DNA of 64,000 nt from Flavobacteriales bacterium (GTDB lineage: Bacteria > Bacteroidota > Bacteroidia > Flavobacteriales_F > PHOS-HE28): assembly GCA_016716605.1 (NCBI GenBank), contig JADJWA010000001.1, positions 2,349,342-2,413,341 of the forward strand. The letters run 5' to 3'. A model generated the notes under the pieces. The model saw only the letters and a list, made by a program, of their open reading frames with translations, ran no database searches and was not told where the DNA came from. Shown here one piece after another: positions 26,639-37,051 of this stretch. The position numbers were made by a program, and so were the translations under genes. Numbering within the stretch: position 1 is the stretch's first letter; the number at the start of each line of letters is the position of its first letter.

Positions 26639-28036
26639 TCAGATGCTGGTTGAGGGTTGGAGGTTGAGCAGGTTGTGGGTTGAGCCCCAACTGACTGCCT
26701 CGCCTTCAACATGGCCATCGCCATCGAAGCGGATGAGCTTCATCGGAACGACGTTGTTCGCCATGGATGCTCTGTATGGCATCGTCACGCGCAGGTAGTT
26801 GTCGGTGTAGCCGAGCATGCGGCCATCGACCTCTTCCGCCTCGAAGAGCACGTTGCGCACGCTGCCCACATGGCGCTCGTAATGCGCGCGCTGAAGCTTG
26901 CTTCCGAGGATGCGCAGCTGCTTGGTGCGCTCCCGCCGGGTCTCCATTGGCACGATGTCGTCCATGCGCACGGCGGTGGTGTTGGCACGTTCGCTGTAGG
27001 TGAACACGTGCAGGTAGTCGATGGCCTGCGCGCGGATGAAGGCGTGGGTCTTCAGGAACTCCTCATCCGTTTCGCCGGGCGTACCGGTGATCACATCGGC
27101 GCCGATGCAGGCGTGGGGGAGGAGGGACTTGATGCGCGCGACGCGATCGGCATAGAGGGCGGTGTCGTAGCGGCGGCGCATGCGCTCCAGGATCACGTCG
27201 CTTCCGCTCTGCAAGGGCATGTGGAAATGCGGCATGAAGCGCTCGCTCTCCGCTACGAAGCCGATGACGGAATCGCTGCACAGGTTGGGCTCGATGCTGC
27301 TGATGCGGAAGCGGGCGATTCCTTCCACCTGGTCAAGCGCTTCGATGAGCCCGAGGAAGTCTTCGCCATGGCCACGTCCGAAATCGCCGGTGTTCACGCC
27401 CGTGAGCACGATCTCCTTCACGCCGGTTGCCGCAATCTTCTCAGCAATGGCCACCACCTCCGCGATGGTGCCACTGCGGCTTCGGCCGCGGGCGAGTGGG
27501 ATGGTGCAGAAGGAGCAGAAGTAGTCGCAGCCGTCCTGCACCTTGAGGAAAGTACGGGAGCGGTCACCTGAATTGTAGGAGGGGATGAACTTGCGTGTGT
27601 CCTTAATGGGTGAGAAGATCGCTTCGCCTAACGGCTCGCGATGACCGGCTTCGGCTGATGACAGACGCCGGTCGATGTGCGCGGCCAGATCGAACTTCTC
27701 ATTCGCGCCGAGCACGAGGTTGACGCCCGGGATGGCGGCGATCTCGGTCGGCTTCAGTTGGGCGTAGCAGCCCACAACGGCGATGAAGGCCTCGGGATTG
27801 ATCCGCTGGAAGCGCCGCACCCATTGGCGGCATTCTTTATCGGCATTCTCGGTGACGCTGCAAGTGTTGAGAACGAAGACATCGGGGCGCTCTTCCACTT
27901 TCACGCGCGCATAGCCTGCCTCATCCAGCGACCGTGCCAGGGTGCTGGTCTCGCTGAAGTTGAGCTTGCAGCCCAGGGTGTGGAAGGCGACGGTGCGAGG
28001 GGAACTCAAGGCGGCAGGGGCAGGCGCAGGAGGCAA
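26639..28036 (-). CDS. mtaB: Radical-SAM tRNA methylthiotransferase, MtaB-like (MiaB/RimO family)
   Basis: N-terminal MTTase domain (VAFHTLGCKLNFSETS…NTCSVTENADKECRQ), radical-SAM CxxxCxxC motif (CSFCTIP) and a C-terminal TRAM-like domain. Confidence 0.82.
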   Translation of the reverse strand: MPPAPAPAALSSPRTVAFHTLGCKLNFSETSTLARSLDEAGYARVKVEERPDVFVLNTCSVTENADKECRQWVRRFQRINPEAFIAVVGCYAQLKPTEIAAIPGVNLVLGANEKFDLAAHIDRRLSSAEAGHREPLGEAIFSPIKDTRKFIPSYNSGDRSRTFLKVQDGCDYFCSFCTIPLARGRSRSGTIAEVVAIAEKIAATGVKEIVLTGVNTGDFGRGHGEDFLGLIEALDQVEGIARFRISSIEPNLCSDSVIGFVAESERFMPHFHMPLQSGSDVILERMRRRYDTALYADRVARIKSLLPHACIGADVITGTPGETDEEFLKTHAFIRAQAIDYLHVFTYSERANTTAVRMDDIVPMETRRERTKQLRILGSKLQRAHYERHVGSVRNVLFEAEEVDGRMLGYTDNYLRVTMPYRASMANNVVPMKLIRFDGDGHVEGEAVSWGSTHNLLNLQPSTSI

Positions 28037-28174
28037 TTGTTCCGGCGCAGGTGTTCGTGGCGCGCGAAGGTAACGGGCTGCTGTTCAAAGGACTTTGCTA
28101 GGTTTAGGCATCCAAATTAAAAGCAGGCGTCTGCCAAGCATGCTCACGGCCCGCTGTGGGCAAAGCCAAACTCA

Positions 28175-30421
28175 ATGAAAGCACTCTTACGCGGAATCTT
28201 CCTGCTCCACCTCGCCCTGCTCTTGGCGTCATTGGATGCCCTGGCCATTACAGCGAACATCTCCGTGCAGACCTATCCTACCTGCAATTACCCCAGTGGG
28301 CAGTTGCTGGCATGGGCCACTGGGGGCGTGGGCCCATACACCTATATGTGGAGCACGGGTGAAACTACCGCCACCATCAGTGGTGTCACCCCGGGCTCGT
28401 ACTCGGTCACGGTGACCGACGCGCTGAGCGATCAGGCGACCGCGAACATCGATCTGGTTGGGCAGCCTTACGCCCTAACCGATCTTGGGAATGGCGGCCC
28501 GGAGGGGCTCTGCAATGCGATCACTGGTGTGGTGGTTGATGGACCGGGCATTGACACGTGGGGAGAGCCATACATGGGTCCCTTGCCCTATACCGTCAAT
28601 GGCCAGATGCTGCAGGAGTACATCTATTACGACTTCTTCGGCTCCTTGCCGCTGGATACATTCTATGTAGGCACGTGGTCGGCTGCGGGACAGTACGGAA
28701 CAGGCTTGAACTACACCTTCACCGATGGGGGCGGATGCTCGGGCACGCTTTACGAGTACATCGGCTATCCGGTCGAGTGGCCGGACCTCACCATTCTCGA
28801 CATTGAAGGCGCTTGCGCCAATGGGAGCAATGGGTCAATCACTTTCCAAACAGGCTTGGAGGGGCATAGCCAATCCACGCAGGTGAAGATCCAGGACTTC
28901 AACTTCAACCATATCGCCACTTTCGGGGCAGGCAGCCAGACGTACACGAACACCTATGCCTTGCTCCCTCCTGGCGATTACTTCCTCACGCAGTTCATGA
29001 GTGAATCGGACTTCCTGGTGAGCAGCGGCTGCCAGCAGACCACGCCATTCACCATCCCGGATCTGGGCAATGGCTGCGCGAACGTCCGGGGCGCGCCCTT
29101 CATGGACAACAACGAGGACTGCGCGCGCCAAGGGAATGAGCCTATCGTGCCTGGCGTGGTGCTCGAGATCCTGCCGGGGCCGACGTACGTGCTGAGCAAT
29201 AGCAATGGCTACAGCGTGAACCTGCCGAATGGCGCGTACACGATCGAGCAGCAGAGCGCCATCCTGGATGTGCATTGCAGTGGCGCGCCGATCCCATTCA
29301 CCCTCGCGGGCAGCCAGGCCCCGGTCACGGTGAACATACCCGACACGGCACTGGTACCGATGGATGCGGCCATCAGCATGGCCAGCGGTGCCGCACGGCC
29401 GGGCTTCGAGCTCGCATGCACCGCGCGCATGACCAACCTCACGCTGGCCAGCACGGGGAGCAGCACGCTCACGGTGACCTTCGACCCATTGCTGGGCTAC
29501 ATCTCGTCCACCCCTGCGGGCAATGTGGTCGGCAATACCATCACCTGGAGCATCCCTGCCTTCAGCTCATTCCAGGAGCGCGTGGTCCACATGCGCTTCC
29601 AAGTGCCGCCGGACATCATCCTGCTGGGCACAGACCTGCTCTTCGGCGGCAGCTTCGCCACTGGCAATGCCGATGCTGTGCCAGCGAACAACAGCGCATC
29701 GCTCATCACCACCATCACCGGCAGCTACGACCCGAACGACAAGACGGCGCGCACCAGCAGCGCATGGAGCGACGAGCTATTCTACATCGATGTGGATGAA
29801 TGGATCGACTACACCATCCGCTTCCAGAACACGGGCACGGATACCGCCTTCAATGTGGTGATCACGGACACGGTGCCGCCTGAGCTGGACCTGGCCACCC
29901 TCGTGGTCGGCGCGTCATCGCATCCCAACTCACTCTCCATCCGCGATGGCCGGGTGCTGCGATGGGCTTTCTACAACATCCAGCTGCCCGATAGCAACGT
30001 GAATGAGCCGCGCAGTCACGGATACGTCTCTTTCCGCATTCGTCCGCACCTGCCCATCGCGCCGGGCACCGTGATCGAGAACACCGCCAACATCTTCTTC
30101 GACTTCAACCCGCCAGTGATCACCGAGCCGAGCGTGTTGATGGCGGAGTACAGTACCGAAGTTGAGCCGAATAGAGCAACACCAGGACTCTACGTGTTCC
30201 CGAACCCAGCTACAGATCACCTCACCGTGGGCGGAATGGGTACGACCGATGTGATCAAGGAGATCCGATTGCGCGCAGTGGACGGCCGCATGTTGCGGAC
30301 TATCAATGTAGTTGGTAGCTCAGCGCGTCTGGAGGTGACTGACCTTTCCGCCGGCCTCTACGTGTTGGAGGTCATCTTGGTGACCGATAAGCGATGGACG
30401 ACCACGATCATCAAACCTTGA
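28175..30421 (+). CDS. Array paralog 1: secreted SprB-repeat / DUF11 protein with T9SS type-A CTD
   Basis: Signal peptide; SprB repeat (…GGVGPYTYMWSTGETTATISGVTPGSYSVTVTD…); C-x-V-x-G-x-F-D-N-D-C prealbumin-like module; two DUF11-like modules (ARPGFE…, SYDPNDK…DEWIDYTIRFQNTGTDTAF); and a CTD (LYVFPNPATDHLTV…LYVLEV…IIKP). Confidence 0.85.
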   Translation: MKALLRGIFLLHLALLLASLDALAITANISVQTYPTCNYPSGQLLAWATGGVGPYTYMWSTGETTATISGVTPGSYSVTVTDALSDQATANIDLVGQPYALTDLGNGGPEGLCNAITGVVVDGPGIDTWGEPYMGPLPYTVNGQMLQEYIYYDFFGSLPLDTFYVGTWSAAGQYGTGLNYTFTDGGGCSGTLYEYIGYPVEWPDLTILDIEGACANGSNGSITFQTGLEGHSQSTQVKIQDFNFNHIATFGAGSQTYTNTYALLPPGDYFLTQFMSESDFLVSSGCQQTTPFTIPDLGNGCANVRGAPFMDNNEDCARQGNEPIVPGVVLEILPGPTYVLSNSNGYSVNLPNGAYTIEQQSAILDVHCSGAPIPFTLAGSQAPVTVNIPDTALVPMDAAISMASGAARPGFELACTARMTNLTLASTGSSTLTVTFDPLLGYISSTPAGNVVGNTITWSIPAFSSFQERVVHMRFQVPPDIILLGTDLLFGGSFATGNADAVPANNSASLITTITGSYDPNDKTARTSSAWSDELFYIDVDEWIDYTIRFQNTGTDTAFNVVITDTVPPELDLATLVVGASSHPNSLSIRDGRVLRWAFYNIQLPDSNVNEPRSHGYVSFRIRPHLPIAPGTVIENTANIFFDFNPPVITEPSVLMAEYSTEVEPNRATPGLYVFPNPATDHLTVGGMGTTDVIKEIRLRAVDGRMLRTINVVGSSARLEVTDLSAGLYVLEVILVTDKRWTTTIIKP

Positions 30422-30426
30422 GAACA

Positions 30427-32670
30427 ATGATACCGACCCCTCCAGCCAAGGTCCTGCGTGGTTTGCTTGCGAGCATGTTCATGATCGGTGTTGTTCAGTT
30501 GCAGGCGATCATTGTGAACATCCAGATCACTGCGCACGAGAATTGTTCGTATGCCGATGGAGCCGCGCAAGCAAACGTGAGCGGAGGAGTGCCGCCATAC
30601 ACCTACCTCTGGAGCACGGGAGCCACCACGGCGTCCGTGATCGGACTGAGTGCAGGCCCGATCTCCGTGACCGTGACGGACAGCCAGAGCGACGAGGCCA
30701 CCGCCAACCATACCGTGACCTCTGGGGGGTACCAAATAGTGGCCACCAGCGGTGGTAGTCTGTGCCCTGGTGATCCGTACGGCGGCTACTTGCTCTTCGG
30801 CGGAGTGCCGAATGGCGCCGTCACATTCAGCACACCGTATTTCACGGGCATTTATATGGGTGAACCCATTTACTCCGCGTACTACACCGGCCCGTATGGT
30901 TACAACCCCATCGAACTGCAGTTCATGGATGCGAACGGATGTGCGGGTGTGCTTAGTAGCGGATACAGGCTGGGGCAGCCTACCTGGACCACACCAGTGA
31001 TACTTGATATTCAAGGTGCATGTGCTGGTGGGGCCAACGGGTCTTTACTGGCCGTATTGCAACATAGTCCGACCTATGCACGGACGTGGCATCAACTGAC
31101 CGATGGTGCGGGGACGCTCTTCGGCCCGAATGGAACGATCGTCGGTACGGGTGGAGGTACGTACGGACATTTCGCAACCGAGGCGAACGACCTCGTTCAG
31201 ACCTGGACAGGACTTGCAGCTGGGGATTACTGGTTGACGCAGGTTGCCAACTTCGCCCCGTTCTCCGGATGGATGCCCGGCGGAGGCTGCGGGGATTCGG
31301 TGATGGTGACGATCCCCGATCTGGGCCTTGGTTGCGGTAATGTGAATGGCACGGTGTATATGGACTACAACGAGGATTGCGTGATGGGCGCTGCGGGTTC
31401 AGAAACGCGCGTCCCTGGTGCGCTGCTCGAGTTCCAACCCGGTCCTTATTACACCACAGCGAATGGCAACGGTGCATACAGCATCAACCTGCCGAGTGGG
31501 CCTTACTCCGTGCAGCAGATCGCTGCCGACATCGCGCAGCATTGCCCGGCGCCACCTGCGCCGGTGAACGTGACCGGCACACAGACCTTGAACATCGCGG
31601 ACACTGCCTTGGTAACCATGGACGTGCAGGTGATGATGGCGAGCGGTCCGGCTAGACCGGGCTTCGAGTTGCGTTACACGATCGGCACGACCAACCTCAC
31701 ACCAGCAGCAAGCGGTGCAACGAGTACCGTCATGACCTTCGATCCTGCGGTCGCATTCCTTATTTCCACTCCCGCACCAAGCAGCGTAGTGGGGAACACG
31801 ATCACCTGGAACCAGGCTTCGTTGGGCGCCTTTGTGGAGCGTAGCATCCAGGTTCGCTTCCAAGTGCCGCCTGATGTAGGCCTGATCGGCACCGTTCTGA
31901 ACAGCACGGTCACCGTTTCCACAGCGAACACCGATGCCGTTCCTGCGAACAATGCAGTCGGGCATGCGGTAACGATCACTGCCAGCTTCGATCCGAACGA
32001 CAAGCAGGCCAATACGAGCTCACGCTACAGCGATGAGCTCTACTACATCGATGTGGACGAGTTCATCGACTACACCATCCGCTTCCAGAACACCGGGAAC
32101 GACACGGCCTTTACCGTCATCATCACGGACACGTTGCCGACAACGCTTGATCCCGCGTCCATCATCTGGGGAGCCGCATCGCACAATGTGATGCGCAGCC
32201 TGGTGGGGCAGGGGGTATTGAAGTTCATCTTCCCGAACATCCTGCTGCCAGACAGCAATGCGAACGAAACAGCCAGTCACGGCTTCGTGTCGTTCCGGAT
32301 CAGGCCGCACCTTCCCTTGCTACCCGGCACGGAGATCATCAACATAGCGAACATCTACTTCGACTTCAACCCGCCGGTGATCACCGAGCCGAGCGTGCTA
32401 ACGGCGGAGTTCAGTACGGGAACGCAGCGGCAGTCACTTGAAGCCATTCGCCTGCTGCCGAATCCAGCGAACGACCAGCTGTGGATCTCTTCGGATGGGA
32501 CCATCTATATGATCACCATCATCGCAGCCGACGGAAGAGAGGTTCTGCGCCGCAGAATGCGAACGACCAGCGGGACGATCGATGTCTCAGGACTTCGGGC
32601 AGGTTCGTTCTTCCTCGTTGCCATCTTGGATAATGGGAGCATCGCTCACGAACGCTTCATCAAACAATGA
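30427..32670 (+). CDS. Array paralog 2 (same architecture)
   Basis: Same domain order as paralog 1. The ATG lies 5 bp after the paralog 1 stop. The ORF-table start at 30394 overlaps the upstream gene and was rejected. Confidence 0.85.
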   Translation: MIPTPPAKVLRGLLASMFMIGVVQLQAIIVNIQITAHENCSYADGAAQANVSGGVPPYTYLWSTGATTASVIGLSAGPISVTVTDSQSDEATANHTVTSGGYQIVATSGGSLCPGDPYGGYLLFGGVPNGAVTFSTPYFTGIYMGEPIYSAYYTGPYGYNPIELQFMDANGCAGVLSSGYRLGQPTWTTPVILDIQGACAGGANGSLLAVLQHSPTYARTWHQLTDGAGTLFGPNGTIVGTGGGTYGHFATEANDLVQTWTGLAAGDYWLTQVANFAPFSGWMPGGGCGDSVMVTIPDLGLGCGNVNGTVYMDYNEDCVMGAAGSETRVPGALLEFQPGPYYTTANGNGAYSINLPSGPYSVQQIAADIAQHCPAPPAPVNVTGTQTLNIADTALVTMDVQVMMASGPARPGFELRYTIGTTNLTPAASGATSTVMTFDPAVAFLISTPAPSSVVGNTITWNQASLGAFVERSIQVRFQVPPDVGLIGTVLNSTVTVSTANTDAVPANNAVGHAVTITASFDPNDKQANTSSRYSDELYYIDVDEFIDYTIRFQNTGNDTAFTVIITDTLPTTLDPASIIWGAASHNVMRSLVGQGVLKFIFPNILLPDSNANETASHGFVSFRIRPHLPLLPGTEIINIANIYFDFNPPVITEPSVLTAEFSTGTQRQSLEAIRLLPNPANDQLWISSDGTIYMITIIAADGREVLRRRMRTTSGTIDVSGLRAGSFFLVAILDNGSIAHERFIKQ

Positions 32671-34856
32671 TCATGCGCCTCTTCCCGGTCGTTTTCGCGA
32701 TGCTCACCTTCCTTGGTGGGCATGCGATGTTCGTACAAGTGAATACCGTGATCCCTGAAACCTGCGGCAACAGCAATGGCCGGGTGGATGTTCAGGTGGG
32801 CGGAGGAGTGGAGCCGTATTCGTTCTCCTGGTCCAACGGTGCCACCTCGGAGGATCTGATGGACGTGCCGGGGGGCACCTATACCCTTACGGTCACGGAC
32901 GACCTGGGCGCACAGGCGAGTGAGCAAGTGACCGTACAGAGCTATGGGTTCCTGCCCTATCAGGAGGGAGGACAGTACTACCCGCTTCCGGATGGCATGG
33001 GCGGTATGATCTGGGGCGGCGCTTGCGCAGGCCAATGCAACGGCCAAATGGCCATGCCGCTGGAACTGTTCGGTGGCACGCCCCCCATTACGATTGATTG
33101 GAACGCGTCAAGCAACATCTCATGGGTGGGCATGACCCAGGACCTCATGCCCATTTACGGCGGCTTCTGTTTGGGCGAAACGGTGTCCTACACATACTCC
33201 GACGCGCTCGGATGCACTGGCTCCGGCTCGCACACCATCATCGGCGTGGACAGCGTGCCAAGCATTGCAGCGGTGCATGGCGCGTGCGCGGGCGGTGCCA
33301 ACGGCCGTGTCGAGATCCACTGCCAACAGATGCCATGGGTGCCGCCTACGATGAGGATCTTCCGGAATGGGAACCAGGTGGCCGCGCCGACCTATCCGTG
33401 GAACGCGCCACAGACGATCCAGGTGCAGGGTCTGCTCGCTGGCGATTACGAGCTCCGCATGGACTGGTACGGCGCCTGTCCGGCCGTTGTGCCGTTCACC
33501 GTTCCTGTGCTGACCGTGCCCTGCGGCACAGTGAGTGGGACGAACTTCCTCGATGACGATCAGGACTGCCAGCCGGGTGCGGGCGAGATCCGAATGCCTT
33601 ATCAGGTGCTCAACATCCAGCCAGTGGATGAGTGGGTGCTCACCGGAGGGAATGGCGAGTTCTTGTTCGCGCTGCCCAACGGCAACTATACGCTGGAGCA
33701 TACAGCACCTGGCATCGTGCCGCTGTGCCCATTGCCGCAGCCGATACCCTTTGCCGTGAATTCCAACGCCTCGGTGATCCAACTGGCTGATAGCAGCACG
33801 CTGCCCCTTGACATCGCCCTATACGCGGGTGGTGGTGTGGCACGGCCGGGTTTCACAACGACCCACCAGTTAACCGTAAGGAATCTCAGCGCGAAGCTCA
33901 GCGGTGCGGTGCAGGTAGTGCTCAACCATGATCCAGTGCTCAATTACCTATCGGCTTCGCCTACCCCGACCTCCGTCGCTGGCAGTACCCTCACATGGGA
34001 TCTGCCTCAGCTCACGGCCTTCGCTCAGCTTGGCATCTGGGTGCAGTACGATGTGCCTGTGGCCACAGCCCTCGGCACCGTGCTCGCTTCTTCCATCACG
34101 GCTGCTTGTGCCCTCGCGGACAACGACCTCTCGAACAATGCCATCGGTATCACGCAGGTGGTGACGGGCAGCTATGACCCCAATGACAAGACCGCGCGCA
34201 CAAGCTCGGGTTGGAGCGATGCGCTGTACTACCTGGATCAGGATGAATGGATCGACTACACGATCCGCTTCCAGAACACCGGCACCGATACGGCCTTCAC
34301 CGTGGTGATCACCGATACGCTCGCTGCGGAATTCGACATGGCGAGTTTTCATCAGGGCACGGCCTCGCATGCCTTCGATGTGGCATTCATGCCGGGCCGT
34401 GTGGTGGAGTGGACCTTCACTGATATCCTGCTTCCGGACAGCAATGTGAATGAGGCGGCGTCGCATGGACTGGTATCGTTCCGGATCCGACCCGTGCAAC
34501 CGCTATCGCCCGGCATCGTGATCGAGAACATCGCCAACATCTATTTCGATTTCAACCCGCCGGTGATCACCGAGCCGAGCGTGCTGGTGGCGGAGTTCTC
34601 CACAAGCGTGACGGAGCAGCATGGAAGCGGGCTCATGCTTGCACCGGTACCTGTGAGCGATCAGCTCTCGATTTCCAGTGCTCGGATGATCGAGCGGGTC
34701 AGCATCCTTGCCACCGATGGCCGCATGGTGAAACAAGCGAACCTGCGCGCGAGCAACGGTGGCATCGAAGTGAAGGAACTCACCAGCGGGGCTTATTTGC
34801 TGATCGCTGAATTCACCAACGGAACAACAGCACGCGAGCGATTCGTAAAGCACTGA
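32667..34856 (+). CDS. Array paralog 3
   Basis: Its start overlaps the previous stop (ATGA). It carries SprB, DUF11 and T9SS CTD motifs. Confidence 0.85.
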   Translation: MIMRLFPVVFAMLTFLGGHAMFVQVNTVIPETCGNSNGRVDVQVGGGVEPYSFSWSNGATSEDLMDVPGGTYTLTVTDDLGAQASEQVTVQSYGFLPYQEGGQYYPLPDGMGGMIWGGACAGQCNGQMAMPLELFGGTPPITIDWNASSNISWVGMTQDLMPIYGGFCLGETVSYTYSDALGCTGSGSHTIIGVDSVPSIAAVHGACAGGANGRVEIHCQQMPWVPPTMRIFRNGNQVAAPTYPWNAPQTIQVQGLLAGDYELRMDWYGACPAVVPFTVPVLTVPCGTVSGTNFLDDDQDCQPGAGEIRMPYQVLNIQPVDEWVLTGGNGEFLFALPNGNYTLEHTAPGIVPLCPLPQPIPFAVNSNASVIQLADSSTLPLDIALYAGGGVARPGFTTTHQLTVRNLSAKLSGAVQVVLNHDPVLNYLSASPTPTSVAGSTLTWDLPQLTAFAQLGIWVQYDVPVATALGTVLASSITAACALADNDLSNNAIGITQVVTGSYDPNDKTARTSSGWSDALYYLDQDEWIDYTIRFQNTGTDTAFTVVITDTLAAEFDMASFHQGTASHAFDVAFMPGRVVEWTFTDILLPDSNVNEAASHGLVSFRIRPVQPLSPGIVIENIANIYFDFNPPVITEPSVLVAEFSTSVTEQHGSGLMLAPVPVSDQLSISSARMIERVSILATDGRMVKQANLRASNGGIEVKELTSGAYLLIAEFTNGTTARERFVKH

Positions 34857-34862
34857 CCGATC

Positions 34863-37043
34863 ATGACCAAAGCATTACTCGGAACCACATTCCTACTCGC
34901 GAGCGCACAGGCCTTCGCGCTCACCGTGAATCTGCAAGTGCTGAACGAGACCTGCACCTATGCGAATGGGTCTGTGTATGCATCCGTCTCCGGCGGGGTG
35001 CCGCCCTATACCTACCTCTGGGGCGGCGGTGAGACCACGGAAGGAATAACCAACCTGAGCCCAGGTACCTACAGTGTTACCGTTACCGACTTCGTGGGCA
35101 CGCAAGTGACCGAGCAAGCCACCGTGATCAGCGTGGACTACGGAGCGTTCGACTACAACTTCCCGCACGCCTATTGCCCCGGCCAGAATTACCATGAGTT
35201 CTTCTTTCCCCCCCAGCCGACTGGGGTGCCAGCCGATGTGAGCCCCTGGTCCGCTTCGCAGGGGTTCATTGATGTGGTGCCGCCTCCGGCAGGTCCGGGC
35301 AACTATTACCTGAATCCCGGCCCGATCCCTCCAGGTAGCGGACAGATGGTGACCTTTTGGGATGTGAACGGATGCACCGGTACATTGAGCTTCACGGCGG
35401 GGTACCCGATCACTTCATGGCCCAGTTTCGCCGTGGTGGACGTGCAGGGCTCGTGCGCCAACGTGGCTTCGGGCCAGGTCACTTTCACCACTACTCCCGA
35501 ACCGACGACCGATACGTACTACATACTGAAATCCGAAGGGAGCAATGAGTTTGAGGGATGGGCGAACAATTTCCAATCGGTTGCTCCCAATGTGTATGCA
35601 TTCGTCGGCTTGGAACCCGGGAACTATTACCTGATGCACCGTCTGGGTATTACGCTTTCGTTGCTCCAGGGCGCTGGCTGTGCCTCGGACAGCATCTTGG
35701 TAACGATACCTGACCTGGGGCCCACTTGCGGCAGCATTTCCGGCAGCACCTACATGGATTACAACAGCGATTGCCTGGACACCGAAGCGAACGCTTCGAA
35801 CGTGGTAGTGGAGATCCAGCCGGGTCCCTATTACACCACCAGCGGCGGCAGCTATTTCGTGGTGGTGCCGAACGGCAGCTATACCATGACCACCAGCGCA
35901 CCTGCCATCGCACAGAGCTGCCCCGCAGCAGCCACTGTCAACGGCAACACGGCGATCGCCAACATCGGTCACCAGCCCACGATCCCGTTGGATGTGGCCA
36001 TCAGCCTGGCATCCGGCCCAGCGCGCCCCGGTTTCGAGCTGCACTACACCATGCACGTGGAGAACCTCTCGTCCTCATCGAGCGGTGCCACCACCACCAC
36101 GCTCACCTTCGATCCAGGGCTGACCTTCATCAGTGCAACGCCAACACCGGTGGTCAGCGGCAATACGCTCACCTGGAACCAATCGGCGCTCAGCCTCTTC
36201 CAGGACCGTGACTATTTCATCCGCCTGCAAGTGCCGCCGGATGTGGGCTTGATCGGAACGGACCTGCTCGCAAGCGCCGGAGTCTCCACGGCGAACACCG
36301 ATGGCGAGCTAAGCAATAACACCGCTTCTGCCGCGATCACGGTCACGGGCAGCTACGACCCGAACGACAAGACCGCATTCACCAGCACGCGCGCGAGCGA
36401 GTCTCTTTATTTCATCAATGAGGACGAGTGGATCGATTACGTGATCCGCTTCCAGAACACGGGTACGGATACGGCCTTTAACATCGTGGTCACGGACACG
36501 TTGCCACCCACCTTGGACCCAGCGACGATCTCACTGGTCACTGCATCGCACCAGCACACGTGGAACGTGCAAGGGCAAGGCACGCTCAAGTTCATATTCC
36601 CGAACATCCTGCTGCCGGACAGCAACGTGAACGAACCGCAGAGCCATGGGCTCATCAGCTTCCGCATCCGACCGCACTTGCCCATCGCTCCTGCCACTGT
36701 GATCGAGAACATCGCCAACATCTATTTCGACTTCAACCCGCCGGTGATCACCGAGCCCAGCGTTCTGGTGGCGGAGTTCAGCACGGGGATGGAGGAGATG
36801 AGCACGGACCACCTTCAAGTCTACCCCGTTCCGGCGCGAACACAATTGAACGTTCATTCGACCACACTGCTGACGCGGCTGTCGATCCTGACCTTGGATG
36901 GGCGCATGGTCCGCGAAGAGCCGATACAAGGACACCGCGCCTTGGTGGATCTGCAAGGGCTTCCTTCGGGTGCCTACCTCCTCCGGGTCACGGACACTGA
37001 AGGCAACCAGTTGCACCATTCATTCCTCATCGAGCACGAATAA
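34863..37043 (+). CDS. Array paralog 4
   Basis: 6-bp gap before the gene. Same architecture. It contains an in-frame C7 tract at about 35208-35214. Confidence 0.85.
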   Translation: MTKALLGTTFLLASAQAFALTVNLQVLNETCTYANGSVYASVSGGVPPYTYLWGGGETTEGITNLSPGTYSVTVTDFVGTQVTEQATVISVDYGAFDYNFPHAYCPGQNYHEFFFPPQPTGVPADVSPWSASQGFIDVVPPPAGPGNYYLNPGPIPPGSGQMVTFWDVNGCTGTLSFTAGYPITSWPSFAVVDVQGSCANVASGQVTFTTTPEPTTDTYYILKSEGSNEFEGWANNFQSVAPNVYAFVGLEPGNYYLMHRLGITLSLLQGAGCASDSILVTIPDLGPTCGSISGSTYMDYNSDCLDTEANASNVVVEIQPGPYYTTSGGSYFVVVPNGSYTMTTSAPAIAQSCPAAATVNGNTAIANIGHQPTIPLDVAISLASGPARPGFELHYTMHVENLSSSSSGATTTTLTFDPGLTFISATPTPVVSGNTLTWNQSALSLFQDRDYFIRLQVPPDVGLIGTDLLASAGVSTANTDGELSNNTASAAITVTGSYDPNDKTAFTSTRASESLYFINEDEWIDYVIRFQNTGTDTAFNIVVTDTLPPTLDPATISLVTASHQHTWNVQGQGTLKFIFPNILLPDSNVNEPQSHGLISFRIRPHLPIAPATVIENIANIYFDFNPPVITEPSVLVAEFSTGMEEMSTDHLQVYPVPARTQLNVHSTTLLTRLSILTLDGRMVREEPIQGHRALVDLQGLPSGAYLLRVTDTEGNQLHHSFLIEHE

Positions 37044-37051
37044 CCGCCGCC

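Noticed and set aside
24871-27571. 598-aa plus-strand ORF 24871-26667 and 26711-27571 antisense to suhB, lgt and mtaB
   Set aside because: Overlaps three recognisable minus-strand genes. The translation is low-complexity E/A/G/R.
28037-28174. Promoter for the paralog array (TAGGTTTA near 28108)
   Set aside because: It resembles TAnnTTTG with one mismatch, but I could not place a properly spaced -33 TTG. It is left as a finding-level uncertainty, not reported as a feature.
30394-30426. ORF-table start of array paralog 2 at 30394, giving a 28-bp overlap with paralog 1
   Set aside because: The internal ATG at 30427 begins a canonical signal peptide (MIPTPPAKVLRGLLASMFMIGVV) 5 bp after the upstream stop. 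The longer start is probably a read-through artefact.
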